A DNA stretch of 64,000 nucleotides from the human T2T-CHM13v2.0 reference genome, Homo sapiens: assembly GCF_009914755.1 (NCBI RefSeq), contig NC_060927.1. One strand, given 5' to 3'. Under the pieces are notes generated by a model that was given only the letters and a program-made list of their open reading frames with translations, had not been told where the DNA came from and did not search any database. This document shows positions 26,841-40,230 of the stretch, piece by piece. Numbering within the stretch: position 1 is the first letter of the stretch; each line of letters starts with the position of its first letter. A program made the position numbers and the translations under genes.

Positions 26841-29456
26841 ATGTTTAAAATACTTTTTAAGTTTCTAGGAATGTTAAAATCATTTAGATAAGATTTTAAT
26901 TACCAGCTCAGACTTAAAAACACACACACACACCACACACGCGCACACACAAAATTAACCATAACATCCATACATGAGAACATCAGATTATATAAACTGT
27001 GGTGCAGCTATTATTGCAACCTTTAGGTAATTTTCCTTGAAAACACATTGTTCTCTGTGTCCAGATAGTGAGGTGGCTTCTCTTGCATATATAAACAGTA
27101 AGGCCAAAGTATCCAGGAGATTCTGGGCATGGTTCAGTATCCAAGAATTTTGCCTTCCAACAGATGATACTAATGTGGTTCCCAAACTGAAGAGTTGACA
27201 CTAAATATCTGGAACACATCCCATAAAAACATAAGAACTCATGCCCAGAAAATCATTGCATGTACCCATAAATATGTTGCCTTTGGCTATAATAACTGCC
27301 ACTTGGAAACATATTAAAACTTTTCATGGGTAGTTATCTAAAATGTCCAAATATCATTATGCTTTGGGGAGTTTAACTTGACCAAGGAGAAACAATACTA
27401 CTAAAAGGAATGTTTTGTGATGCCTAAACAAATCCAAGTAACTGGAAGGTAGGGGCCAAAAAAAAGTAGCCTTCTGGATTAGTTTCTGCATATATGGTGG
27501 TAGCTTAAATCAAAGAGTAGTAATTTGTTGTAGAGAGGCAATTGGCAGAAAGCACTGGCAGAATCATTCACAAAAAACAAGCCTTTCTTCCCTCTAAAAT
27601 AGGAAAGCATGAGCTTCTCAACTTGATGTTTTTGTGACAGAACTCAGGGATTATGCTGTCTTATGTTTGTGGGGGTAGGAGGGGAGGTGGGTGGGAGGAA
27701 TTTCTGAAAAGCATATCTGTGTTCCTTTGCAGTAATAGCTCATGCTCTTGAACAAAATCAAATATCTCCCATCCTGCTATAAAGTAAATACTGACGTAAG
27801 ACAAAAAGGCAGTATCTGGAGACTCTAAATGCCTCATACTTTGATTAAAAATGCTTTTGTCAATTACAGATTGATTTTGTAGCTCATTACAATGATGGAT
27901 GTCAGGGCTGGCGGAGGTGGTATTTTACCACTTGGCCTGAGGGCACACACAGTTAGAAGAAGATGGTAAAATTATAATTATTTTCCAGCACTCATCCATG
28001 TGCCTACATTGACCCAATGGGTACCACTGGGATAATTTGAAAGAATAGCATCAGATGGAATGGCCAAAAAGAATAGTACCTCAGCCCCTCTCTAGAAGGA
28101 AAACATGTTAGACAAATATTTCTCAACAACCTGCTGAGATTCTTGTCACCTGATAAGTCACATTAAGCTACATCAGCCAGGTTTTAAAGTAAGCTAGAGT
28201 GCTTAGCAGAGGCTGCAGCAAAGAATATGCAAATGTCTCTGTGTGTACTACTATGAATATTAAAAGTCCCTATATTTATATATCATAATGTAGGCACATT
28301 CTTCCACATACATAAATACAAATGTACTTTCTCCCCCACTTTAACATTGGAGGTTGTTAGAAGCTGTGGGGAAATCAGAGGATATAGGTAAAAGAGCTGC
28401 AGGGGAAAGAAATTAATATTCCGTAGCGGCTGAAAAAAAAAAAAGAAGGAAATTCATGTCACTTTGCCATACATTCATATCATGCTCTGAAGTGACCTGT
28501 ATTTCTGGAGACACTGTGTGGTTTCTAAACTCTGATACCCATGGTTAGTTCACAAGACATTCTCTAATGGTATCCTATGAATGACTACATTCTCTGTGAT
28601 AGCTGCACGGCCAAAGAAGTAATATCCTCCAGACACATAACATGCAAATCTTCTATGTGGTATACCTAGCACCTGCTGCAAAATGATGGTGACTCAGCAT
28701 TCAATTAAAAATGTAAGAAAATCGATGCCAAGTATTATGGAAAAAGATATTACATGAGACTGATATCAGCAGTCTTAGGATTAAGAAAAGAATAAAATCA
28801 TTTCAAATTGAAGATTAGGAGGCCTGCCTACACTATGACTATAGCAATATTGGCCATATATCTACACAATTGCTTTTTATAATAGTCCACCATGAACACA
28901 AACCTATTTATGGCCTACTTTCATGGTGATATATCTTCGTTCTGCTAGTTGTTTAGAATCCCAATACTGTGAAATAGAACTGTGGTGACAAAAAAAGTAA
29001 TATTCATATAATGAAATGTCAAGAAATTTAAGTTAAAGTAAGGCAATGATACATAGGTTCAGGGCATAAAACCTGATCTATGCTTATAATCAAAGTGAAA
29101 ATGGACAGTGGAACATCATTAGAACATCTGGATCATTTTGGAAACTTATTATGTTTGGCATCAAGGACCAGGATGAAATCTCATTTTTCTTACCTTTTGT
29201 ATTATAGTGGTGGTAAAGAAAGAGAAGGAAAATGTGTTCATAAAGTCTGGAAAAATATAAGCGGGGTACATATGCTTTAAAAAAACAGACAATAGACAAT
29301 CAAAAACCAACTCTGGGATATCTAAAGCATTAAAAACTTTTAGATATTTAAAATTAGCTAGAATTCTAGTTGTTAAAATAATATGCTTGTAGATGGCTTA
29401 TTTCTGTGCCAAAGTGTCAATACTGGAGTAGAAGTGTGCTATACAAATAGTCTTCA

Positions 29457-29845
<389 letters not shown>

Positions 29846-32800
29846 AGTGCTTAGGGAAGCAACAATGACTTCTATTTTAATGGTCCCAGGTCTTTGGCTC
29901 CAAGTGTTGCATAGTGTCTATTCCACAGGTAAAGATGACTTTAAGTACTATCTAAAGGCAAAAAGTTACTATCATTTTATCATTTGGGTAAAAAAATAAT
30001 ACTCATCCTAGTATTATAAATTTGGAAGGGAAAGACTCTCAGTTTCTCAAATCTTAAGTTGCTAAAGCCAATGATCTTATCTACTCTTCCTGCAGAGAGG
30101 GAAAGAAACATGTAGAAAGTAGTGATACTGCGCAATATTTGCTCTTCCATATACTCTGGAGTTGGCAGACCATTTGATGGTTTCATTGCCTTCTCTCTCC
30201 TCTGCTAATATTGCTGTTACAATTCCACTAAATTTTTATACTCTTCACTCCCAGTTTTCACTTTCTAGACAACTGAATGCAGATGCTATTAAGTGCATCA
30301 ATAGGAGTTCTAAGAGGAATACAGGAGAAGTTTCACTGCTGATCTAGACCTCAGACTTGGTTACAGGTAAGGTTAAAGGACCCTATACTCTGCCTTTTGT
30401 AGCACGAAAACTGTCAGACCATACCAAATAGAAAAATGGGAAATAATTTTTTTCTTCTGTCATGATTACAACATCAATAGATAATCTAAGACATTTTGAA
30501 TTCATGGTCTTAGTATCCAACAACCTTTCTGCTGCTTGGTCCTGTAAGAGCACTTACCATGCCATATTTAATTTCTGTGTACTGGTCTCTCTCTACTTCA
30601 CTACCTGTGAGCTCTGTTGCAAATGTTCTATCTTTGTCTCTGTATGTAAGACCTAATATATTATTGGTTCACGGGAAGTGCTCAATAAATGTTAAATGCA
30701 TAAACTTATACTCATTTGAATGGCAATTTCTAAGGTTTTTTAAACCACCTAAGTACCCACATAACCAATTAGACAAGGGACTTAAATCTCATATTTAGAG
30801 TATTTTTTTAAATTTCAGATTTTCAAGACATCTTAAAATATCTCCTGAAATACAAAATAGAAACAGAATTTAAAGTATATAGAAATGGTATTAATGTCAT
30901 TGATGATGATGATGATGATATCATGAAAATAGCAGCTGAAATGATATAAACTGTTACATGGTAGCACAGATACAATTTGACAGAAACCAAGTTTATAATG
31001 AAAAATGACAATTCTTAAACTCCTGCATTTCCTTTACTATACATGAATTTGAGATAATTGTTCCAGTACCAGATTTATGCCCCACTAAACTGAGACTGTC
31101 ACAAAACCTCCTCAGCAATAGCCCCTCTAGGTGCAGTAAAGGTTGAATAAGTAATGAAAAGACTCAGACTACAGTTGAATACACCTGTGAAATTACTATA
31201 TACCAGAAGCTCCAACAAACCATTTTCCTCCCTCTATGTGTACCCTAAAGCCTGATTCAGAAGACAAGTTGACAACTCTTACAAGTTAATGGCAAATATC
31301 TGCCCAATAAAATGACTGCTTGTTGGTATCACTGAAGTATTTGTTGGGGTAGTTTCAAACTTTAAGACCATCTGACCTCATCTGACAGAAGAGCTTGATT
31401 ATATGAGCCTGATGCAGTGTATACTGTACTCAATTTACTATACTAATGAGTTGGTGATACAAAATATAAGTCCATAAGGAATTTCATTAAATGATGTAAA
31501 AAAAAAATAAGAAAATCAGTTAAATCAAATGTGTAAACCTATAATTAATGTACTACAATTTGTAATTTAGCTTTGAAATATGCACATCACTTGAAAACTA
31601 TCAATTCAGAAGGAAAATGGAAAATAAGGTTAACCTTAACTGAATATGTTACAACCCAGTGAGTACACTATATGTTTATGTAGACAGCAGAATGTGGCAC
31701 TTCCAAGTGGGGTCTGAAATCAGATTGCTTCCTTTCACACCTTACAAGATACAAGATGTTGTGCCAATTAACATTTTCTACCTGTGTTACCATCTGTAAA
31801 ATACAGACAATATCCCCTTTCTCACAGAATTAGTTGGCACCTCAAGAAATGTCAGCCTTGCCCATGACGGGCCAAGGGCAACATAGTAGCAGGACTCTCC
31901 CGCAGGGGCTGAGAATAAGGGGGTTATTTGCAAAGAATTTGAAAACAATTGTAAAATCAACAAAAAGTTGGTCAACTTTTTATTATAAACATGTATTAGT
32001 TAATTCAAAACAGAGCCAGTGATAAATTACTCTTGTTCTCAGAGGCAGAAACTTCCAGCCCCCAACTCTTAGTATATACCACTGAAGTCTCATGGTAAAA
32101 CTGAGCTAAGAATAATCATGCATTAAATAAAGGACATTTATATCCATTTTAATTTATCAGATCAACATAGTTTGAAATAAAAGCATAGACATGTGTAGAA
32201 GATGAAATAGTCTCTTTAGGTTCACTATTGATCTCGTTTAGGAAAGCACCATCACTTCCATATTAATTATTTCTTGGCCATTATTAAACTGCTATGCACC
32301 CGTCTTTGACTCTGTTTTCTGTCTGCCAACTCTCATTGCAAAAATTTTCTGTCTAGTTTATTGAGATGTAAAGAGGACAGATAATGTTACATTTATAAAT
32401 TATTTTCAACTGCTAAGATAAAATGTACTGTATAGAGTACATTTCAAGCTACAAATAACAAATGCAAAATAGTGATTACATTTTCTCCATGAAAATTTTG
32501 ACAGAAATAAGGGCACTGTCATCTATTCTGTATAATTCTCTCCTCTCCCATCTTTGCCCTGTTAATTAGTCTCAAGATCACTTACTTTTACTTGTTATTT
32601 TTTAAGTTGATGAGATCATTAAATTTATTAGCTACCCAAATACATTTGAAGTTTATTAAGATTCTGTGGTGCCTTTGAACTGGAAATAGAGAAGGAATAG
32701 AACCCACTTTTAAAGAAATTAAAGTAATAAAGCAAAATGGGTACCACTTCATTTTAAGTACCCATTAACCAGACCATGAGAGAGAAAGTCAAAATGGAAA

Positions 32801-33922
32801 TCTCAGAGAAATAAACAGGTGAAACATATGCCATTCTTCCCACGCAAGCATTAGTCCAGCAGTCAGCCCATCCAGAATACATGCCGAAAGCATTTCACAG
32901 GGGAATACTTAAAAAGTGTATTTTACATTTTTAGAGATAGAGTTTCATTGAAATCTCAATTTGTGTGCAGGACTCATTAAGAGATTGAGATAATGCTTTC
33001 ATTTGTTGATGATAAACGTTAATTTATTTTCTCTATTAAGCCACTGCAAGTCTTTGGGTTCAGGATGACATAAAATACTTTATATGAAATGATCTGGTTC
33101 ATGACATTTTTATTCCCTGTACATTTGGCAGACACAAATTTTCTTAAACTGCAAATACTATTCTTGGTGTCATGAAGAACTGTCGTTGCTTCTAAATCTT
33201 CAAAATTTGTTTCATTTAAATGTATTGGCCAATTGCTGCAGTTAATGATGATGAATAGGATTAAGATTAAATTTTTAATAAACTGGATTGACTGTAGCCA
33301 TAGGCAGAAACTAGTTATCTAAATGATGTCATCTCTGTTGCTAGAAGTTTCCTGCATTATAAATATTTTCCTATTAGGTTTTAAGGTACCTAAAACTTCG
33401 TTTAAAATTATTTGTTTAAACCATTGGTATCATAAAACCACATTAAGATACTCATCAGGGAGATGTTTTGAGATAGCACTTTAACAGGTATTATGTTTCT
33501 CAAAATTTTTACAGTTTTTAATTTTATTTTTTAAATTCACATATGTTTCTTATGAAATTCTCACACCACCCAGTGGTTTTGTATAAGCCAAGAGATGTTG
33601 GAAACACGGAGTACTACCTGAGCCTTAAGTGAGAGTCTCAGAGTTGCAACCTAGAACCAAGGATAAAGGTTGTGTAATTACAGAAAAATCAGACCTTGAG
33701 GAGGCTGGACCTACTTCTAATTCCCTTCTGAGGTTGGCCTAGATAATAAACTATCAAGGAAGAAATAAAATAATTTAATAAATAATTGCCTTTTCCTTTT
33801 TTGACTTTTTCATTTTTGCTTTATTTGAGATATTGATAGCATAGTTGACCTAAATGGGATGAAAATTCACTTGCATAAAATAAAAAATACTTAAATTCTG
33901 TCAGAAATTTGGATAGCACCTA

Positions 33923-33990
33923 AGGGACCTGACTGAGGTCACAAGATCAGAAGTCTTTATATTTCTGCTAAAATTACATTTTAAATGTTT
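33923..33990 (+). repeat. 68-bp local direct repeat, copy 1
   Basis: 63/68 identical to 35488-35555 by manual alignment. Confidence 0.92.
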
Positions 33991-35487
33991 AAATTATATA
34001 AATGCCAAATCATTTAATAACTGAAAGTTTAAGACAATAGATTGACCTAAACCTTTGCAATTTATGAAACTGTATTATTAGTTCATGTGTCTTACGGACA
34101 TTTATTTGTTTCTACTAGGATAATAGCTAAATTTTAATAACAAACATAATAGCAAAAAAATCAGTATCAATATAACTGAAGGAAATGGAAACTTTCTTTT
34201 CAACAAGACATCTTCATGTATTTATAAGATTTCAGGCCTGGATCTGGAACTATGATTCTGATATAGGCCCCAGTGCTTCTAAATGACTGCCATTTAACTA
34301 AAACATCATAACTGTATAGTTATTCATAATTTTATTTGTTAGTAATATTAATTTTTTGAGATTATTACTTCATGCAAAACCAGCCAGCCAATCAACACAA
34401 TGGATACACCAGAGACACAAGTATTCTAATTCTTGAAGTGATCTTAATTGTGGGTTTTTGCATATAGAGATTATAGATAGATTTAGGGATCATAGACTAT
34501 TTGCAGGTTTCTTACTTAATCCTCCTTGAGCATTGGTGGAAACCTGTGGAGGCTTGAATGAAGGCCTTGTAGCGAGGGTATGCAGCAAATCTTGTTGGGA
34601 AGCAGCCTCTCTGAGCTAAATGACAAGTTAGCATCCCCTAAGTTAGCACATCTGAGTGAAGAAATCTGTGGAAAATTTGTTTTCCAAAGATATTTGATAT
34701 TCTGCGACCTATTTAAAATTTAAAGTAACTTTGGGGGCCAGTCATCAGGAGAAAGTGTCAAATATTCTCTCTTTGAGTACACTTATTTAACAAATTTAGC
34801 TAGGCATTTCTTCAGTGGTACTCTCAGAGACAGGACACTGGTACGGAGATATGTATGAGAATTTGGTAGTGTAGCTGTTTTCTCCGTAGTCCTTGCTCTA
34901 GTTCTACATAAAGACTTTGGTCTTCAAACTGCCCAACCCAGCCTTATCCCCTAAGTAAAGAGAACTCAATAAATGTGGTCATGTAAAGGAATAATTTATG
35001 ATGCTTGGGATTAAAAACAAATACCAAACCAAGGCTGGAATTAGGTCAAAACCAAGTTTAATATATAACAGGTTATAGGCATATGAAATATGATTGTAAA
35101 TGATAAGCTTATGTATATATAACTATGTTAATTATATTTATGCAAGGTATTTTTTCTTTTCAAACCAATGAACTGTCTTGATTCTTCAAAAGTAATGAGA
35201 AAATAGTAATTAAATCTGATAATTACATTTTTCTTAGTGAATATATTTTAATAGAAAAGATGCACATTTGAGGGGATATGACCTTATTTTAGATGAGAGA
35301 GGTCAAAATAATCAAGGTTTGATGGCAAGAGACAATTGGAATATATTTCTATTTTTGCTTCACAACATCTATTAGATGTATAAACTATTTTATCTAACAA
35401 GTCTCCAGACACATGAAAAAGGCACATTTAAAAACTATATTTTATTTCTTATTTTTCTGATTCCCAGCAGCATCTGAAGAAATTTCT

Positions 35488-35555
35488 AGGGACCTGACTG
35501 AGGCTACAGGATCAGAAATCTTTATATTTCTACTAAAATTACATTTTAAATGTTT
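35488..35555 (+). repeat. 68-bp local direct repeat, copy 2
   Basis: 63/68 identical to 33923-33990. Confidence 0.92.
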
Positions 35556-35880
35556 TTATTAAAGCATAATATACACAAAAGTGCAAAGATCATAATTGTA
35601 GCACCTGATGAATTCCCACAAATTTGACATAGCTATTTGAATTAGCACCAGATATGGAAACAGCACATTACCTCACTCAGAAGCTCCCTCATGTTTTTTT
35701 ACAGTCATTATCCTTCTCTTCTGACTTCTAGCAGCATATATTAATTTTGTCTTTTAAGCCAGAAGTGGAAGCTGGCTTATTTTGCTCAACATTATGTTAC
35801 ACAATTAATTCATATTATTGCATGTAGTCACAGATTGTTCTCATTGTTGCATAGTACACCATTATGTAAATATAACCCAA
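35556..35880 (-). mobile_element. Old L1M (MB/MC/ME-type) 3' end
   Basis: ttattaaagcataatatacacaaaagtgcaaagatcataa...cagaagctccctcatg...ttctgacttctagcagcata...ctggcttattttgctcaacattatg. Confidence 0.7.
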
Positions 35881-35940
35881 TTTTTAAAAAATTTCTCATT
35901 AAAATTTCATATCTGGAAAAAACAGTCCTAAAATATATCT

Positions 35941-35941
<1 letters not shown>

Positions 35942-35983
<42 letters not shown>
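35942..35983. repeat. (TATC)10 tetranucleotide STR
   Basis: Direct reading of the sequence. Confidence 0.95.
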
Positions 35984-38638
35984 GGATGCTGTATAACTGA
36001 ACAGAACACAGATACATAAATGTTTCAAAAGTTAATAATCTTATTTTTAAATGCCAGAGGGTTAGGGAGAAGCCACAAAAGAAATATCTTCCAATTAATA
36101 CCACATGTTTTAAAAAAGAGAAAAATTCAATATCAACATCAATTAAGAAGTCTTAATATCTGTACATACTCTGAAATCAGTTTTAAATGTGAATGAGCCA
36201 TATCAAGTTCTCTTTGGTAAACAAATGAGCAATGACATGGATATTAGTGACATTGATAAGTATTAATTGATAATTAAGTTGATGATAATGGGGAAAATGT
36301 TAAGAATCATGAATTTGACCTCAGGAGGGGAAGCTCATCAAAATCAGATCGTATCTAAATGAGACATGTCCTTAAAATGAAAGGCAGCTCTGGTCTATAA
36401 GAACTCATAATAATTCAACTAGTGACTACTAAAGTATTTTCAAATTACAGATCTTACTTGAATTTGGTTTGTTGTATAGGGAAGCCTCATTTATAAATAG
36501 GAGTTGAATTTCCATTTTATGAATACGTTAAAATCCTTATAAACCATTTTTTAAATAATTTACAGAAGCTTCCCTAATAATCTTGTTTAAAGTATTAATT
36601 TTCTAAACTAATTTTTTTTTAATGTTCTGGTCACAAACTTGAGTTCTGAATTAATGAAATGTGAGAAATACCTTTGCCAGACTTCATATATTTTCTCTAA
36701 TGTTTATATTTGGAAAATTTTATGAAAGAAAACATTTTTTGACCACGCAGAGGTACCATATATGAAGCATTTTGGTTCAACGGAGAGTTCTGTGGCTATT
36801 TCTGCAGAATCTCTATCCATCTCCCACTCTTTATCTTGCCACATCTTGTACATATCCTGTTACCTTAATTGTCCTTGATATTTCCTGCATTTATTCTGTA
36901 GCATATCTCCATAAAATTGTCCTTCCTCTATTATATTTTCACAGAGAAAATGAAAAATGAGTCTCTGCCCATAATCATCCACCTCACAACTATTAGAACA
37001 GAATCAAGAGTCTAAAGCATTTCCAAGAGCTGAGTGTCTTTATTATCACAAACACACAACTGGAACTATAAATTCAGCAAATGCAGAGTTTATATTGATT
37101 CGATATTGCACTGAGGTTTCATGGCAATAGCATTGTCTCTCAAAAGACAGCAACAAATGTCCAATTGCATGTAAGCTAATGAAGAACTCAGTCAAATGGG
37201 GCAACTTTGTCATGTTAGTAAGGCTTCTGTATCCAGGTAAGCATAACAGTGCAGGGAAAAGAAAAGTAGTTTCATGCCCAGGGTCACTAGACTTTATCAA
37301 CTGGACAGCCAACACTTGGAGGATTTTTCAGGAGAAGTAGATCTTTTCCATGAATGAAACAAACATTCAATCCAATTACTAGAAATGTACCATACATAAA
37401 ATATTGTGGGCATTCCAAAAAAACACAAAAAACAAAAAAAGTTAACCTCGTTAACTTATTGTAAGTTGCTTACAATATGGTAAGGCTTATATTTTGATGT
37501 AAACTATAAATCACCACAAAAATTTGATAGAGAAGTACATAAAAGTAAGAAAAACAATTTCTAATTCTCAAAGCATAGTGCCTTTGAACTTGAATCTTGA
37601 GATACAATCATGTCTGATGGGACTAATTTCTGCATTTTAATTATGGCATTTACTGGAAGTGCTCCTTGAGAAGAGAGGACAAGGAAGCTCAAGTGTCTTT
37701 TGTAGAAGTGTGTCCAGAACAAAAATTATATTGGCAGCAACAATCACTTAATGAAGGAAGAGAAAAATGAAAAAAAGATTTCAACTTGAAAGCTATTTTA
37801 TAATCACAGGAGGCTTTAGATAATGGCCTGGCAATAAAATGGTCCGGGAGTAGCCGCCAAGGGGAGTTATTGTTGTTCTTTGTTTAGTTTTCTTTGTCTG
37901 AAGCTCAGTTTATGTAAAAAGAAGGCTTTGCTTTGCGGGTAGGGAAAAAAGATATCATAATCTCACCTCTGCCCGGGTTTAAAATATTTCTAGGAGAGGA
38001 ACAATGACTCTAGAATGCCTTTGCCTCAGCTTGAAGCTGCCACTAATGGCATAGCAAACACAAACTACAAAAAACGTCTGTGTTGCCGGACCTGGGACTT
38101 TGGTAACCTCCTGCTTCCAATTAGAAGAACAAGCGGAGCCACAGTACAGCCAGGCAAGCTTAAGTCAGGTATTTGGAAGGAGGGAGAGTGACAGAGGAAA
38201 GTCAAAGCAGTAGCTGTATGGTCCTGAAGAAGTGGTCTGGTAGCTGGAGGAACCCTGGAGATTTAGCCAAGGGGTCATCATGAGCCGCCTTCCCTGCTGT
38301 AGTTCATGCTCAAATGCCAGAATGAACTAAATTTCTCACCTGGGAAAACTGCATTTTCTACCTGAATTCCTGATCCCATCCCCCACTTCCTCTGTCCTCG
38401 TCTATCAATAACTTGCTCTTTCCTGCATCTTCATTCTGTCCGGTTTCCCTAGCTACTTTCTTTTGCCTTCATTTTCTCAAAAGATAAAATATAAATAATT
38501 ATTTTAACCCCCACCTGACTGAATGATCCCACTAGCAGGAGTCTAAGGCACTGGACAAGGGCTGAAGTCTTTGGTGCCTGGACTAGTTACAGGTACTGAG
38601 GTGTGGAATTAAGTGAAGCATGGTGGATGGACCTAATA

Positions 38639-38865
38639 CAGGATGATTATTCCTAATTCGAAAATTCCAAATTTGAAATGCTCTAAAATCAGAAACTTTT
38701 TGAGAACTGACATGTTCAAAGGAAATGCTCACTGGAGTATTTTAGATTTTGGATTCCTTGATTAGGGAATGTTTATGTGTAGTGCAGATATTACACAATT
38801 TGAAAAAATCTAAAATCTGAAATATTTCTGCTTCCAAGCATTTTGAATAAGGAATACTCAACTTG
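38639..38865. mobile_element. Tigger4a/MER46-like TcMar-Tigger MITE
   Basis: TIRs caggatgattattcct...aggaatactcaacttg flanked by TA on both sides; internal aaatctgaaa-like repeats. Confidence 0.85.
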
Positions 38866-39479
38866 TAAACAGGTAGCACAAAATGGAACAAGGTAATTTG
38901 AGGGATGAACTGAACCACATGCAGTCCCACCATGGCATAAAAACACAAAAAGAGAACAGGATAAAACAAAGATAAAATCCTCTGGAGCATGGGGTAGGAG
39001 GCAAAGCTTAGAGAGTTCTGATCTCCTGGCATTTATTCATAGTCACAATTTTTACGAAGATTGGTGATCCAGCTCATTCAGGGAACGTTTGAACTGTCAT
39101 CACATTTGTGCCATTGCCTTTCACCACCAAACTAGATAAACATTTTACCAATGGTTCTTTTTTCCATTTCTGGTCACATCGCCTGTAAACATTCAAAAAT
39201 GGTGTCTTTTCACTTCTCCTTTGAGATTGCATTCTTCAATGTCATCCGTAACTCCATAGTAGCCAAATTCAGTGATCCTTTTTTAACGTTCATGCTCCTT
39301 AATTTTCTGCAACATTCAATTGTAATTATATTGCCTCTTTTCTCAAATCTCACCCATACCGCTTTGGCTTCCATCTTTCTTTCTGTTCACTAATTGATAA
39401 CCTTCACCAAATGACAGAAAGCAGAAAAGAGAGCACACATTTATGAACTTGCATTATGACCTAAAATGATTAATTCATA

Positions 39480-39970
39480 TTCTTATAAGTTTCATTGAAT
39501 CACTCTGGCTGCTCTGTTGAGAATAACTATAGGAAGCCAAGAACCTCGTTAGGAAGACCTCGCATTACTACAGACTAGTGTTCATAGTAGCTCTGATAAA
39601 GGTTATAGCAATAAAAGTAGAGAGAGATGGTCAAATTCTGGACATATACTGAATGGAGAGCCACAAGATGTGGTGGGCTCCCTCACATGTAGGGTGTGAG
39701 GGGAAGAGAGGAGCCAGGCCATTCTGAGATGTTAGGGCCAGACAACTGGAAGGAGAGACTTGCCACCAACTATGATGGGAACACATAAGGAACGAGAAAG
39801 TTTAGGGGGAAGATCGGGAGTTCAGGTTTTGATATTTTAAGTTTGAAGTATTTAGGAAGATAACCCAACAGAGATATTAAGGAGGCAGTGAAATATATGA
39901 ATCTGGATATCAGAGAGAAGTCTCGGCTGGAAATTGAAATTTGGGATTCATTGGCATTTTAGATGGACAC
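39480..39970 (-). mobile_element. L2 LINE fragment
   Basis: aatcactctggctgctctgttgagaata...agatggtcaaattctggacatat...gagttcaggttttgatattttaagtttgaag. Confidence 0.7.
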
Positions 39971-40029
39971 ATGAGCCAGACAGCAAATGTCAGCATAGCA
40001 AGATCTTGGAAGAATTATTTCAGATTCAG

Positions 40030-40230
40030 AGTCAATGAATATTTATTAAGCACCTACCATATGCCAAGCTCTGTGCTAGGCACCTTCAAATACATTTTTT
40101 TCACCCCTACACAAACCCATGATGAAGTTTTATATAAGAAAAGACATAATGAAGAAATTAAGCTTTGAAAAAGTCTATAAATTTTTCTAAAGTAGCAAAA
40201 TTAGCATGTTATGAAGCAAAGATTCAAACT
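40030..40230 (-). mobile_element. MIR SINE
   Basis: atatttattaagcacctaccatatgccaagctctgtgctaggcac...aatgaagaaattaagct. Confidence 0.65.

Noticed and set aside
31116-31136. CTCF-like ccctctaggtgcag (similar partial matches near 2860, 44140, 49265)
   Set aside because: Mismatches at core positions and no supporting context
37439-37457. 8-bp inverted repeat aagttaac-ctc-gttaactt
   Set aside because: Isolated, and expected by chance in 64 kb of AT-rich DNA
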